Origin: Octopus vulgaris
Taxonomy: Eukaryota
Length of the DNA: 63,973 bases
Direction: 5' to 3'
Assembly (NCBI GenBank): GCA_951406725.2
Contig: OX597815.1
Location: 102,734,028-102,798,000, forward strand
Below the pieces are notes generated by a model. The model was not told the DNA's origin and searched no databases. It saw only the letters and a list, made by a program, of their open reading frames with translations. The position numbers and the translations under genes are program-made. This document shows, piece by piece, positions 15,101-26,783 of this stretch (the stretch's first letter is position 1; every line of letters begins with the position of its first letter).

Positions 15101-15736
15101 GCCGATCTGAATTTCAGATACGGTTTATTTAAAGCGATACGATTCAATTTGCTCATCCTTGTTTAAATGACAGTGGGGTGGGGATTTGAGAAAGGTTTGT
15201 CCGTTAATTGTAAAGGTTCGTATACGTAGCTATTCCTATGATGACGCACCCAATTACGATGTATTTGCTAAAGAAATATAAAAAGGCTTTCTTAGCAGTC
15301 CTTTCGATATTTCAGGCAATTCAACACGATAACGTAATAGAAAATCAAAGAAAGTATTTTCTAGAAAATAATTTTGTGGCTCATAGAAATTCGGAATATA
15401 ATGAAGTGTCTATTACGTTTAGTAAATAGGTTGGGAAGTTTTAGACAGTAAAAACTGAAAATATCACAATATAACATGGGAGATATGTAGTTTTGATGAA
15501 AACTAATAAAGGCAAGCAGCAATAAGGCAATTAGGTATTTCATATATAAATAATTTAGAACGAAAAGGAAGCTGAGCAACGGATAATCTTATTAAAAGAC
15601 GTAGTTGAAACATATTGGCTAATTTTACACGCGCGCACACACACACACATACACACAACACAATTACTCACTCACACACATACACGTATATATATATATA
15701 TATATAGAGAGAGAGACTTAGTAATTTTATATATAT

Positions 15737-15782
<46 letters not shown>

Positions 15783-16069
15783 TTGAATTTTGGTATGTAT
15801 ATACGAAAATAACCTATTATCACATAATTAATGTTGAATATCCTGTTTTGCTGTTACCATCAATTCTGTATACACACACGTACATAATTACGTTCACACG
15901 CGCACGCCACTAGTATATGTTGTGCTGTCACTATAACAAACGATTCCCGCTCAATATGTCTCACTATCAAGCTATGCTAGATCATCTAACGATCCCAAGG
16001 TACTAGAAATTATTGTCAAGCATATTTCAATGAAAATATTAATATGTTCTTATACACATAGACGAATGT

Positions 16070-16177
16070 GAAGGCGCGTGGCTTAGTGATTACGGTATTC
16101 CTCTCACGATCGTAATGTCGTGAGTTCAATTCCGGGCGATGCGTTTTATCCTTGAGCAAGACACCTTATTTCACGTT
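16070..16177 (+). mobile_element. tRNA-derived SINE 5' half
   Basis: A box tggcttagtga and B box gagttcaattcc, followed by tccttgagcaagacac body. It is truncated where a Tc1/mariner fragment begins. Confidence 0.75.
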
Positions 16178-16179
16178 GA

Positions 16180-16607
16180 CCTTATGTTTTGCAGCAAGAC
16201 TTTGCATCATGCCACACAAGCAGGAAAACCCAGTCAGGTATGTCAGACAATTTCTGCGAACATACCACTTAACTCCTCAGACTGCAACCTCCTTGATTAT
16301 TATGTGTGGGGCACAGTTGAGAGAGAGGCCGACAAAACCCCTTGTAACATCAAAGATGGACTCAAGGCAAAGATTATGGCAACATTCGCCAGCTTAGACA
16401 AGAAGACCATCCAGAAGAGTTGCAAGAGATTCCGAAGACGTCCGGGTGCTGTGGTTGAAAACAATGGCGATTTTATTGAATAAATTTACTGTTTAGTATT
16501 TCAAGATATTTTTATGTAATTTTGGTAAATATGTTTGTTAAAGTGAGATGTGGGTGTTATTTTCATTTTTGCATAATTTAGAGAACAGTTTAATCTCCGC
16601 ACCCTGT
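16180..16607 (+). mobile_element. Tc1/mariner-superfamily transposon 3' fragment with right TIR
   Basis: YVLQQDFASCHTSRKTQ, then (frameshift) PLNSSDCNLLDYYVWGTVERE (SPDxNPxD catalytic motif). Ends ...ctccgcaccctg+TA, a CAGGGTG-type TIR. Confidence 0.85.
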
Positions 16608-17199
16608 ACGTACGTACGTACGTACATACATACATACAAGCACGCACACCCATATACCTGTATATATTGGAAGATACCTGTTAAATCACTAGCAGAACCA
16701 CAACTTCAGGAAAGTACTCAATAACATAAAATCGAGTGAAGATTAGAAATATTTCATTCGAATTTTGAAATCATTCGACCTGCAATGTAAAATTGCTTAC
16801 TTTCACTAGAATACAAAATTCTTCGAACAAAATCTTCGATGTGAAATTAAGCTCTTTGTGACTTCTTGTATAAATATTTTTTTAAAATACAAGACGAAGT
16901 GTCTCTATGACACAAACATTAAATACAGCTACTACTATTATATGCTTGGGCGTTAAAAATAGAGACAGACGAAGTCGCATATATATAATATAAGCAATGA
17001 AATGAAGTAATACAGGAACTGAAATCAGATATCAGACAAGGAAACTGAGAATAATATGTGGCATTGATACCGTGACAATCTGAATCTCTGATTTCAGAAG
17101 GTCTATTATAAACTGTTCAGTCTATGACCTGTGAACCTCCTATCTAAAGTTTAAGCATTATGTGCCAAGGGCCACCTAATTCAATGTATTCATCCTCGC

Positions 17200-17366
17200 A
17201 AAGCCGTCCCAGAGTATGGGCTCATTAGGCAGCTGCACACGGACCCATTGGGCATAGGGTGTACTTCTGACCCATAAATGTTGTGGCTTGCTGTAGATAA
17301 ATAAATACTACAGGGCCCAATGCACTGATTTTTCCAGGGACCTACAAAGCTGCTACGGCGACTCTG
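17200..17366. mobile_element. Possible small decayed MITE
   Basis: GC-richer island with imperfect terminal inverted repeats, caaagccgtc...ggcgactctg. Confidence 0.35.
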
Positions 17367-18240
17367 CATCGTCGTCGGAATGATAGGATGGAATTTGAGT
17401 GTGATTTAGGTGTAATTTATTTTTGGGTGGAGTGAATATGTAAGTATTCCTAAGTTGCCTCACCGAATTTTAAAGTATATTCTAAACAAACAAATCAGTT
17501 TCTTGGTAATCTTTTTCATATTTAAACAAGTTTATTTTAAGAAACATTACAGAAAATAAAATAAAATAATAGGAAAAAAATTGTGTGACTCATAACCGCT
17601 CGAAATTTTATAAGTAATTATGTCTGGAAGGTTGCTGTAAAATTGACAAGCTATAAAAGAATGTTGTAGCACTCAAGCATGTATTTTTGCCGAGAGTTAA
17701 TAAAGGAGAGCAGGATAAGACAATTAGGTGATTTATATAGATTGTAGATGATAAAGGGATCTGAGTAATCAATCATTCATGCATTCACATATGATGTTGA
17801 TTCCAGCACATATTCAAATGTCTTTTGTATTGTTGATAAAACAAAATAAAAATCTAGAAAAAAGATCCCAAATGACTGACAGAGAAATATATTTGGTTAG
17901 GTAGTGGGGAAAATGAACGATAATATATTTAAAGGTATGTATTATTTGGACACATGCTCGCACATATATGCAAAATATATATGTATATGTATATATACAG
18001 TTATATTTAATCATACACACACACACGCAAACATATACACCCGCAAATATACACCCACACACCCACATACACACACGCACATATATATATATTCATATAA
18101 CGTATAGATGAAGATTAGAAATATTTCTTTCGAATTTTTAAATCATTCAACCTGCACTAGATTATAAACTATGTGTACATAGTGTTTATACATGCAAAAA
18201 AATATATATATACACACACATAATTGAATGTGTAAGAAAA

Positions 18241-18292
<52 letters not shown>

Positions 18293-18298
18293 CATAAA

Positions 18299-18361
<63 letters not shown>

Positions 18362-18420
18362 GTGTGTGTGTGTGTGTGTATGTGTGTATGTGTGTGTGTA
18401 TTTGCGTGTCTGTATTAGTA

Positions 18421-18615
18421 CCCCCAACATCGCTTGAAAACCGACGCGAGTGTGTTTACATCCCCGAAACTTAGCAGTTCAGCAAAACGGACTGATAGAA
18501 AAAGTACTAGGCTTACAAAGAATAAGTTCTGGGGTCGATTTGCTCGACTAAAGGCAGTGCCCCATCATGGCCGCAGTCAAATGACTGAAACAAGTAAAAG
18601 AATAAAAGAATAAAA

Positions 18616-18620
<5 letters not shown>
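18421..18620 (+). mobile_element. SINE 3' half (same family as 34662 and 53311)
   Basis: Matches 34912-35110 and 53516-53716. Ends catggccgcagtcaaatgactgaaacaagtaaaa(gaataaaa)n. Confidence 0.9.
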
Positions 18621-18677
<57 letters not shown>

Positions 18678-19404
18678 ATAAATGACAGAGAGATAGTTTG
18701 ATGGAATTTTATTTAACTATAAGAAAATTCAAATATCATAAATTCGGAAAAAAATAGAATTCAATAACATAAAGAAAATTAAATACAACAGTCTCATAAA
18801 GTAATAGATAAAAATAAGAAAGATTATTTTTATTACAAATTTTGCTTTCTTAAGATTTGGCTGATCGTTCTCTAGTATTTGAATGAATCCATACCATAGA
18901 AATATAGAGAATAAGATAAATATATGAATTGACACACATACACATACACATACACAAGGGAAAAGTATGGAGAAAATCAAGAAAAACTGAAGAAAACTAA
19001 ACAAGGTTTTAAGTATCGAAATATCAAAATAGGCAGCCAAACTTGTTAAGAAAGTGTATGTTTTAGAAGAGGTATTCTGGTGCATATCTAAGCGGCCTCA
19101 ACTCTTAGAATTTTATGACAACGGTACCGATATATACACACATACACATCATATAGATATTCTCAGAAACATTCATACACAAATTTTCACACACACTGAC
19201 TGAAACACACAACAATTCTCACCTATATTATTTCTACCAAATTACTAATTTCATACGGGTTCATCATTTTGTTCAAGTCATTAAATCGATCTCTCTCAAT
19301 ATTCGCGCATATATACGCACATACGTATTTATACACGTACATATTGACATACATTCATAGAAAAATTCATACTCTTACGAGCTGTACCACTATCAATACT
19401 AAGA

Positions 19405-20272
19405 TTTAGGATATACTCAAAAGAAACCGGAATTTTACTATACTATTTTATTCATTCAGTTTTTTATGTTTACACGTTTATCGCCTTCAAAGTATTTTCC
19501 ATTTGAATCAACGTATCGGTCAAGACGCGTTTTCCACTGTTGGAAGAAGTGCTGGAACATTTGCAAAGTGATGCCTTTTAACACCTGCGTGTTTTTTTTT
19601 TTTGGCAACGTGTCTATATCTGCGAATTTCGTTACACTAGTTTTTGTCACAAGTGAAGAACTTTAAAAGAAAGGTCCGGATCAACTTCCAACTATTCTTT
19701 CAGTTCACGTCACGCATTCAGTAATGACTGCTTTTTATCTTCCGAGAGCAAGCGAAGCACAGACTTTGCTGCAACTCTTTTCATTTGCAATTCCACGCTC
19801 AGAATTCGTTGGCAGGAGCTCCAAGACACAGCAGTCATATCAAAATGTTCATCAATTGTTCGGTGACGGTCCTCCAAGATCAGTTCCTGAATTTCCATGA
19901 TGTTTTCATTCACTCGGGAGGTTGACGGTCGCCCTGAAAGAGATTGGTCTTCAAGCGACAAGTGATCATTCCTAGTGCATGGAAACCACTCGTAAACTTA
20001 TGCGTTGCTCATGGCAGCGCTCTTGTAAGCTGTTTGAAACATGACAAGTGTTTCAGCTGCAGTTTTCCCCATTAGAAAATAAAATATCCCAGAAGCACGC
20101 TGTCCCTTCGTTTCAGCCAACGCAAAAATCGACCAACAGTGGAGAAGCCCTGCAAAACAAAGGCGCATACTGATGACTTAGGGTCACATCAAGTGGCTTC
20201 TAGCGACGAAAGCCTAAGCAACAACGGGATTATCCCACAGAGAATGTTTCCGGTTACTTTTGGTACCCCCCG
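19405..20272 (-). mobile_element. Internally deleted mariner element with both TIRs
   Basis: ORFs 19710-19961 (SLEDQSLSGRPSTS...ILEDRHRTIDE...MKRVAAKSVLRLL) and 19456-19650 (FQQWKTRLDRYVDSNGKYFEGD, mariner C-terminus). Ends are inverted: tactcaaaagaaaccggaa and ttccggttacttttggtac. Confidence 0.9.
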
Positions 20273-20431
20273 AATTATACTCTAATTATTGAGAATTCTG
20301 TGAGTGAAAGCGTCAGACTACAACTGCAGAAACAGATGTAATCAAAGTCTATATTTAAGAGATGAGGAATTATGTACATTATTTACATTATTTACTAATG
20401 ACTGATATTTGTCCTCATCTTGTTTGTTGTT

Positions 20432-20477
20432 AACACAACGTTTTGGCTGATAACCCCCCCCGCCTTCATCAGGCGTC
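20432..20477 (-). ncRNA. Minimal type-I hammerhead motif with a G12A lesion, inside a short repeat (about 20355-20530)
   Basis: Minus strand: gacgc-CTGATGA-a-ggc...gcc-aAAAC-GT-T-gtgtt. Stem I is gacgc/gtgtt and stem III is the loopless palindrome ACGT. G12 reads A. Confidence 0.65.
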
Positions 20478-22947
20478 TTAGGGAAATTTCGAACCTGCGT
20501 TCTCATTCCTAAGGCATTTTTCGATGTTGATGTTGTTGTTGCTATTACTATTAATATAGGAATAACAATTAGTACCTTTGTGGATATCGTATAGATAATT
20601 TACAAAGAAAGTGTTACTGTTTATTAGTTCAGAAAATAAATATATATACTTATGATATTTATCATTATTTCAGTGTGGTAATGTCGTATTACCAATTGGA
20701 ATCAATGCGGTCGAACTGGAATTCAGTAAACTAAAGAAAGAAATATTGAAAGAAAGAAAAATAGAAGTTTTACTAACTAGAGGTGGGCAGACTTACATGG
20801 CTTGACGAGTAGTATTAAAATTAATAGTGCATTTAGGTTAAAGCTGATATGGTTATTGCTACTTTAAATACGAAGGACATGCAGTACATACTGGTACGTT
20901 GCACTCTTATTGCCCCAACTCAGTGATTAATGAAATTTGATTTATACTTAATTATTGGAAGAGTTTCAGATATACATAAAATTATATATATCGCTTCGAA
21001 ATTTAAATAATTGTGCTTTGCATATAATAGATCGAACAATTTCATATCCCAGCTTTTTATCAGCAAGCTAGAGAAAAACAAGCTAAAAATGTGAGATTAA
21101 TTTTACCTATATCCATAAAATTGCAAGTTATATCTGCATTTAAACTTATTTGAGCTAGCCTCTCTGTGGACACAGACATTTCCAAGAGCACGTAAGCGAC
21201 ATTTTTTCAAGATACTGAGTCAATATCTATCAATTGGACACAGTGTCTTTTCCTACAATTACAGAGTTCATTTACCCGATTGTGATAGATTGCTATTCTT
21301 GTCGTACTAAGATGTGTTATTATCTTAATAATTAATTCCCAGTATATATATGCTATTATATAGATTATTAATTCTAGGGGTTATATAATTAGAAAACAGA
21401 TTGTTTAATATTTTATTGTTGAATCTAATCATGTGCTGCGTGATATTAAGTGCCGAAGAGTTGGCTAGCTTCACAGAGTGTCTTCCAGTATGGACTAGGA
21501 GCTGTGGAATACTTGTCCAAATTTTGAAAAATTGCGCATCTATATTGGTTTCTAAATGTAATTCAAGTTGTAGATTAAATCAGACCACACTTCTCTTACT
21601 CTCTTACATAATCGTCCAAAATTTTTATTTGTACTCATATCCTCACCACGCCCGAGTATGACATAGCTTTTCTTGTACTAAATCAGGACGTTGGGTAGTA
21701 ACTTCATAGACTTTTTAATTGTGCGATATTTGCTGCCAATGATGTTTATCTGGTCTTATCATCTCTTCCTAAAATATGTGCTGGTGGTTATGTAGTCTCG
21801 ATAATAAATTAGTAGAGGTAGCATCTCTTCATCTAAAAACAAACTGTGAGTTCTCAACTGCGCTCGCACGCGCACACACACAAACACACACGCATTCAGT
21901 CACACATACTCGCACATGCACACACACGTACTCACACGCAGACAAACGTACGCACACACATACGCACACATACACACACACGCACACGCGTACACATATG
22001 TATGTATACATGCCTCTGAAGTATACTCTCTTAATTCCTAGAAAACTGATGAAAATATATTGTATAGTGCTCAATGAAATATTTAACCTCTTCATTGCTA
22101 TGACCTTTGTGCATGAAATACAGACGGAATGATACTGAAACATTAGAGCTATTCCACACAAAACAGATGATATAAATACATTATTCATTCCTAGACTATG
22201 TATTACTTCGAACAAATGAGACCATCTCTCATCAAACAAACTACAAAGGGAAGAATACTATCTTATATAACGGAAGCTAGGTTTCAGTTTTGTTAGCCTC
22301 AAGTGAATTATTAGAGAGGATGAATAATTCATTAAATGGGTTTGTCTTCTTCAAGTGGATAATTTAAAACCTCTAAGCTACAGAGTCGATACTGTGACAA
22401 ATTTAAAAATTAATAAAATCCCACCGCTCGTTGTACGTGATGTATAAATAATGACACATATACAACCAAAATAAATAAATAAGTAAATAAATAATAGGAA
22501 TTAAATTCTGAGACTATGTGCATTATCGAAAAATGTTTACTTGTCTCATCGATGCTAAAGAAAGATCAGTCTGCTTTTTAAAGCGAGTGTTCAGCAACAG
22601 TTCTTTTGAAACCTTCAATCGAAACACGAAGGAAAACGATTCATTAAATGGAATTTATTTATAAAACTGAGGACAAAGATGGTTTTAATCCTTATACTCA
22701 ACGGAAGTGTAACGTAGTTTGGTGTCGTACCGATATGTTGTTTCTTAGGTTGAGTTGATCTTCCCTGAGGGTGCTAAATGAAGAAAAATAAAATGTTATT
22801 TGTCAAAATAAGAAATCACTCACATACATACATACATACAAACATACATACATACATAGATACATACATACAAACATATATATACATACATATACATATA
22901 TATCTATACACCCATATAAATGCGTACATACATGCATACATATAAAC

Positions 22948-22996
<49 letters not shown>

Positions 22997-24024
22997 GTCT
23001 ATGTCCGCTAGGGAGTTTGGCTCCCTTGTCAGTCATTAAGGTAGTGCTTCCGTGGTTATTGAGTTGTTTTGCTTCTTATTTCTAGCAATGGCAGTACTAC
23101 TCAGAACCCTCTGTCACTTTAATGACATCTCTAAATTTGCCTGTAGGTTCTTAAATTGCTAATCAGCCGCTCATATTACTTGTGTGTCTATATATATATA
23201 TATATACCTCTGTATACTCATATACATGCAAACACACGCACACACACATATGTATTGTACTATATATATAAGTTTGTTTTATATAATATTCGTATCTATA
23301 CAATTTTCACATTACTTATTGTATTCTTTCAAAACTCCTATAAACAAAATCACTTCAATTTAGCTCTCTAACTGCTCAGTAGTTGTATTCTATTCTTTAG
23401 CTTCAAACAAACAAATAAGCTTCAATAAACATACAATTATATGTTTATATGTGAGAGAAAAGCTACAAACAAAAAATATATTCATTCCCAAATATATTCA
23501 TTAATTTTCTTCTGAATCCTAATCAGAGTTATTTGTAGATTTTGTGTGACCTCGCTTAAAATAAACTCTAAAACTATTTGACCGTAAAGGTCACTAAAGT
23601 TAACTGTATTTTAGAAGGCTATTTTTCTCAACGCAATTTAATTTCAGAAAACTAACAATATAATGGAGGATTTTTGTTGTCTTTTTCATTTATAAAAATT
23701 GTTTGATACCAAATTACTTTTATTAAAAAAAAGTAGAAAGGACATTGGAATGATAAGAATAATTAGCTTTTTTGTTTGTTATTGTTTAAAACCATAGCGT
23801 ATAGAAGAAAAGTAAAGCAGAAAAAAATACAGCAGAAAACACTTAAGACTAAAACTGAATTATAGGAATTGTTGCAGAAATAGATACTGAGTAAAGAGAA
23901 TGATGTAATGAATATTGAGCGAAGTGATTATTAATGAGCAAAAGGAATTGTTAAGAGCCATAGTGATATTAAACTAGATATTCGTCTATGGTTATTTATA
24001 TAACTATATAGCTAGTTTGCTGCC

Positions 24025-24100
<76 letters not shown>

Positions 24101-24648
24101 TGTATGTGTGTGTGTATGCATGCGTGTGTGCGTGTGCATTATACTTTATATATTTATCTGTTTATCTATTCTTAACGTATCAATGTATACATCTGTTCTT
24201 TTACAAAGAATATCTGAGAGTATCTTTTATGAAAAATGTGTACGTTCGTTGCTCATTATTTTTGATTATATAGATGTCGTTGTATGATACGAACGTGTAA
24301 ATTTTAGCTTTCCCAGTAATGAAATTATAATAAGCTTTGCCAATGAGAATTTGGTAATTAACAGCTGGATGTTTTACTGTAACATGTAGTGAGGTGAATG
24401 TGCTGTGCGGATTGATAATATTTTTCTCCAGCAAATTGCTCCCAATATATTACATAATCTTCCATATTTTACTTTATAATACATGGAAAGAAATTACAAT
24501 TATTTTAGCTTGAAGATATTATTAGCATAGAGGAAATAAATAGTTAACCCCTGAATTTACAAAATGGCATTCAAATAGTACTGTTCTCAATTTTCTGGTG
24601 CTGACTTATAAATACTAAATATTTGATAACACTAAGAAGCCATACTTA

Positions 24649-26775
24649 ATGGAGACCGCGTGGCAGCACTTTGAAACCATTGTCACCGACACATGCTCTA
24701 AACACACTCCCAAGAAATCTACTAACACAAACAGAAACCGGCTCCCTAAAAAGAAAAAAACACTCATCAGGCGCATCAAAAGACTGAACAAAAAAATCAA
24801 CCAATTAAAATATTCCCACACGCAACATCCACATTCAACAACAATGAAAAGACTAGAGCTGGAAAAACTTCATCTGCAGACTAACATGAAAACCTCCATT
24901 GAAAATCAAAGAGCTGTGGAGGAACAATGGGTAATCAAAAACATCAAACAGAACCCAAAAGTGTTCTATTCTTATGCAAATAAGCATAGAACCACTGTCT
25001 CACCTATTGGGCCATTGATTGATGAAAACGGCATTCCCCAACACGATGCTAAAGAAATGGCAGAAATACTGCAGAAACAATATTGCTCTGTCTTCAGTGT
25101 TCCCACTGATATTGATGTGAGGGAAACGACCGAAGCTGACTCCCAACACAAAATCGCAGACATAACCTTCACTGCCACCGACATCGTAGCAGCAATAAAT
25201 GAGGTCAAACATTACTCCGCTGTAGGCCCTGATAGATTTCCCGCCAGTCTCCTGAAGGAATGTAGATATCAACTTGCAGTCCCTCTGACCAACCTCTGGA
25301 GAAACTCGTTAGACGCAGGTTATATACCGAAAAAGTTTCTATCCCAGTCGGTCATCCCGGTTTTCAAACAGGGAAACAGATCCCTCGCAGTCAACTATCG
25401 CCCAATCTCACTCACCTCCCACATCATTAAAGTGTTTGAAAGAGTGTTAAGATCAAGGATAGCTGACTTCCTGGAGACCCACAAACTCCTAAATTCAAAT
25501 CAACATGGCTTTCGCTGTGGCAGGGACTGTCTAACACAGCTCTTACACCACATTGAAGATGTACTCAAAGCCTTGGGAACAGGTTCGAACTCTGACGTCA
25601 TATACCTTGACTTCAGTAAAGCGTTCGACAGGGTAGACCATAACATCCTACTCTCAAAATTGGCAAATTTTGGAATCCGTGGAAAAGTTCTACACTGGAT
25701 TCAGTATTTCCTAGCGAATAGAACACAACATGTTGTAGTTGATGGAGTCCACTCAAACCCAGCAAAAGTCACCAGCGGTGTTCCCCAGGGAACTGTTTTG
25801 GGTCCGCTACTCTTCATAATTTATGTAAACGACCTTTCCAGTGTCGTACATCACTGCAAAGTGAAAATATTCGCTGATGACACTAAGCTCCAGCAAATCG
25901 TCAATGAAGAAGCAGACCGAACTCAACTCCAGTCTGACCTATATGCTGTGAGTCAATGGGCAGACAGAAACAAAATGCAACTGAATGAGGGAAAATTTGA
26001 GCTGATGCATTTTGGAAGAAATTCCTCACTAAAACAACCATACTCTCTTCCTTCAGGGGAACCGCTCACAGCCTCTAACAATATCAGAGACCTGGGTGTA
26101 ATTGTTGATGACGATCTCAGTTGGAGCGCACACATCAACAAGAAGGTCGATACAGCTCGTAGGATGAGTTCCTGGATCTTAAGAACTTTCCGGTCCAGAG
26201 AACAAGGTGTCATCATACCACTTTTTTCATCCTTTGTACGGCCACACCTTGAATACTGCTGCCCACTGTGGTCTCCTCACACAAGACAAAACATCTCCAG
26301 AATTGAGTCACCCCAGAGGGCTCTCACTAAACAAATTGAAGGCATGGCTGCTCTCGACTATTGGGATCGCCTTAAAGCCTTGAAACTTTACTCCCTCCAG
26401 CGTCGCCGTGAGCGGTACATCATTTGTACGATGTGGAAAATATACCGCCAACTTTGCCCAAACGACCTAAACATTAGCTTCAAGGTTCATCCGAGACTTG
26501 GACCACGGGCTATACGTCCCCTGCCAAATTCAAGATCACAACATACATGTACACTGCAACATAATTTCTTTTCCTCAACAGGCCCTGCCCTATTTAACAT
26601 TGTCCCGAGGGAGATCAAAGAGGAAAAGGATCCCATCAACTTCAAACAGAGTCTGGATAGATTCCTTCAAAGAATACCAGACAAGCCACCCATAATTGGA
26701 TACAACTCACCCAACAAGAACTCACTACTTGAACAAAACTGGATACAACTCACCCAACAAGAACTCACTACTTGA
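24649..26775 (+). CDS. LINE ORF2 fragment: reverse transcriptase plus C-terminal domain (CR1-group), no endonuclease
   Basis: Uninterrupted 708 aa with NPKVFYSY, GPDRFP, NYRPISLTS, QHGFR, YLDFSKAFDRVDH, SGVPQGTVLGPLLF, FADDTKL, RDLGVIVD, VRPHLEYC and LYSLQRRRER. An in-frame stop lies at 24616, so the APE domain is missing. Confidence 0.95.
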   Translation: METAWQHFETIVTDTCSKHTPKKSTNTNRNRLPKKKKTLIRRIKRLNKKINQLKYSHTQHPHSTTMKRLELEKLHLQTNMKTSIENQRAVEEQWVIKNIKQNPKVFYSYANKHRTTVSPIGPLIDENGIPQHDAKEMAEILQKQYCSVFSVPTDIDVRETTEADSQHKIADITFTATDIVAAINEVKHYSAVGPDRFPASLLKECRYQLAVPLTNLWRNSLDAGYIPKKFLSQSVIPVFKQGNRSLAVNYRPISLTSHIIKVFERVLRSRIADFLETHKLLNSNQHGFRCGRDCLTQLLHHIEDVLKALGTGSNSDVIYLDFSKAFDRVDHNILLSKLANFGIRGKVLHWIQYFLANRTQHVVVDGVHSNPAKVTSGVPQGTVLGPLLFIIYVNDLSSVVHHCKVKIFADDTKLQQIVNEEADRTQLQSDLYAVSQWADRNKMQLNEGKFELMHFGRNSSLKQPYSLPSGEPLTASNNIRDLGVIVDDDLSWSAHINKKVDTARRMSSWILRTFRSREQGVIIPLFSSFVRPHLEYCCPLWSPHTRQNISRIESPQRALTKQIEGMAALDYWDRLKALKLYSLQRRRERYIICTMWKIYRQLCPNDLNISFKVHPRLGPRAIRPLPNSRSQHTCTLQHNFFSSTGPALFNIVPREIKEEKDPINFKQSLDRFLQRIPDKPPIIGYNSPNKNSLLEQNWIQLTQQELTT

Positions 26776-26783
26776 ACAAAACT
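26698..26783 (+). repeat. Perfect 43-bp tandem duplication at the LINE ORF2 C-terminus
   Basis: ggatacaactcacccaacaagaactcactacttgaacaaaact at 26698-26740 and 26741-26783. Confidence 0.95.

Noticed and set aside
25874-25880. CTGATGA as a hammerhead core
   Set aside because: It lies in the codons of the RT FADD motif, with no matching stems or GAAA box.
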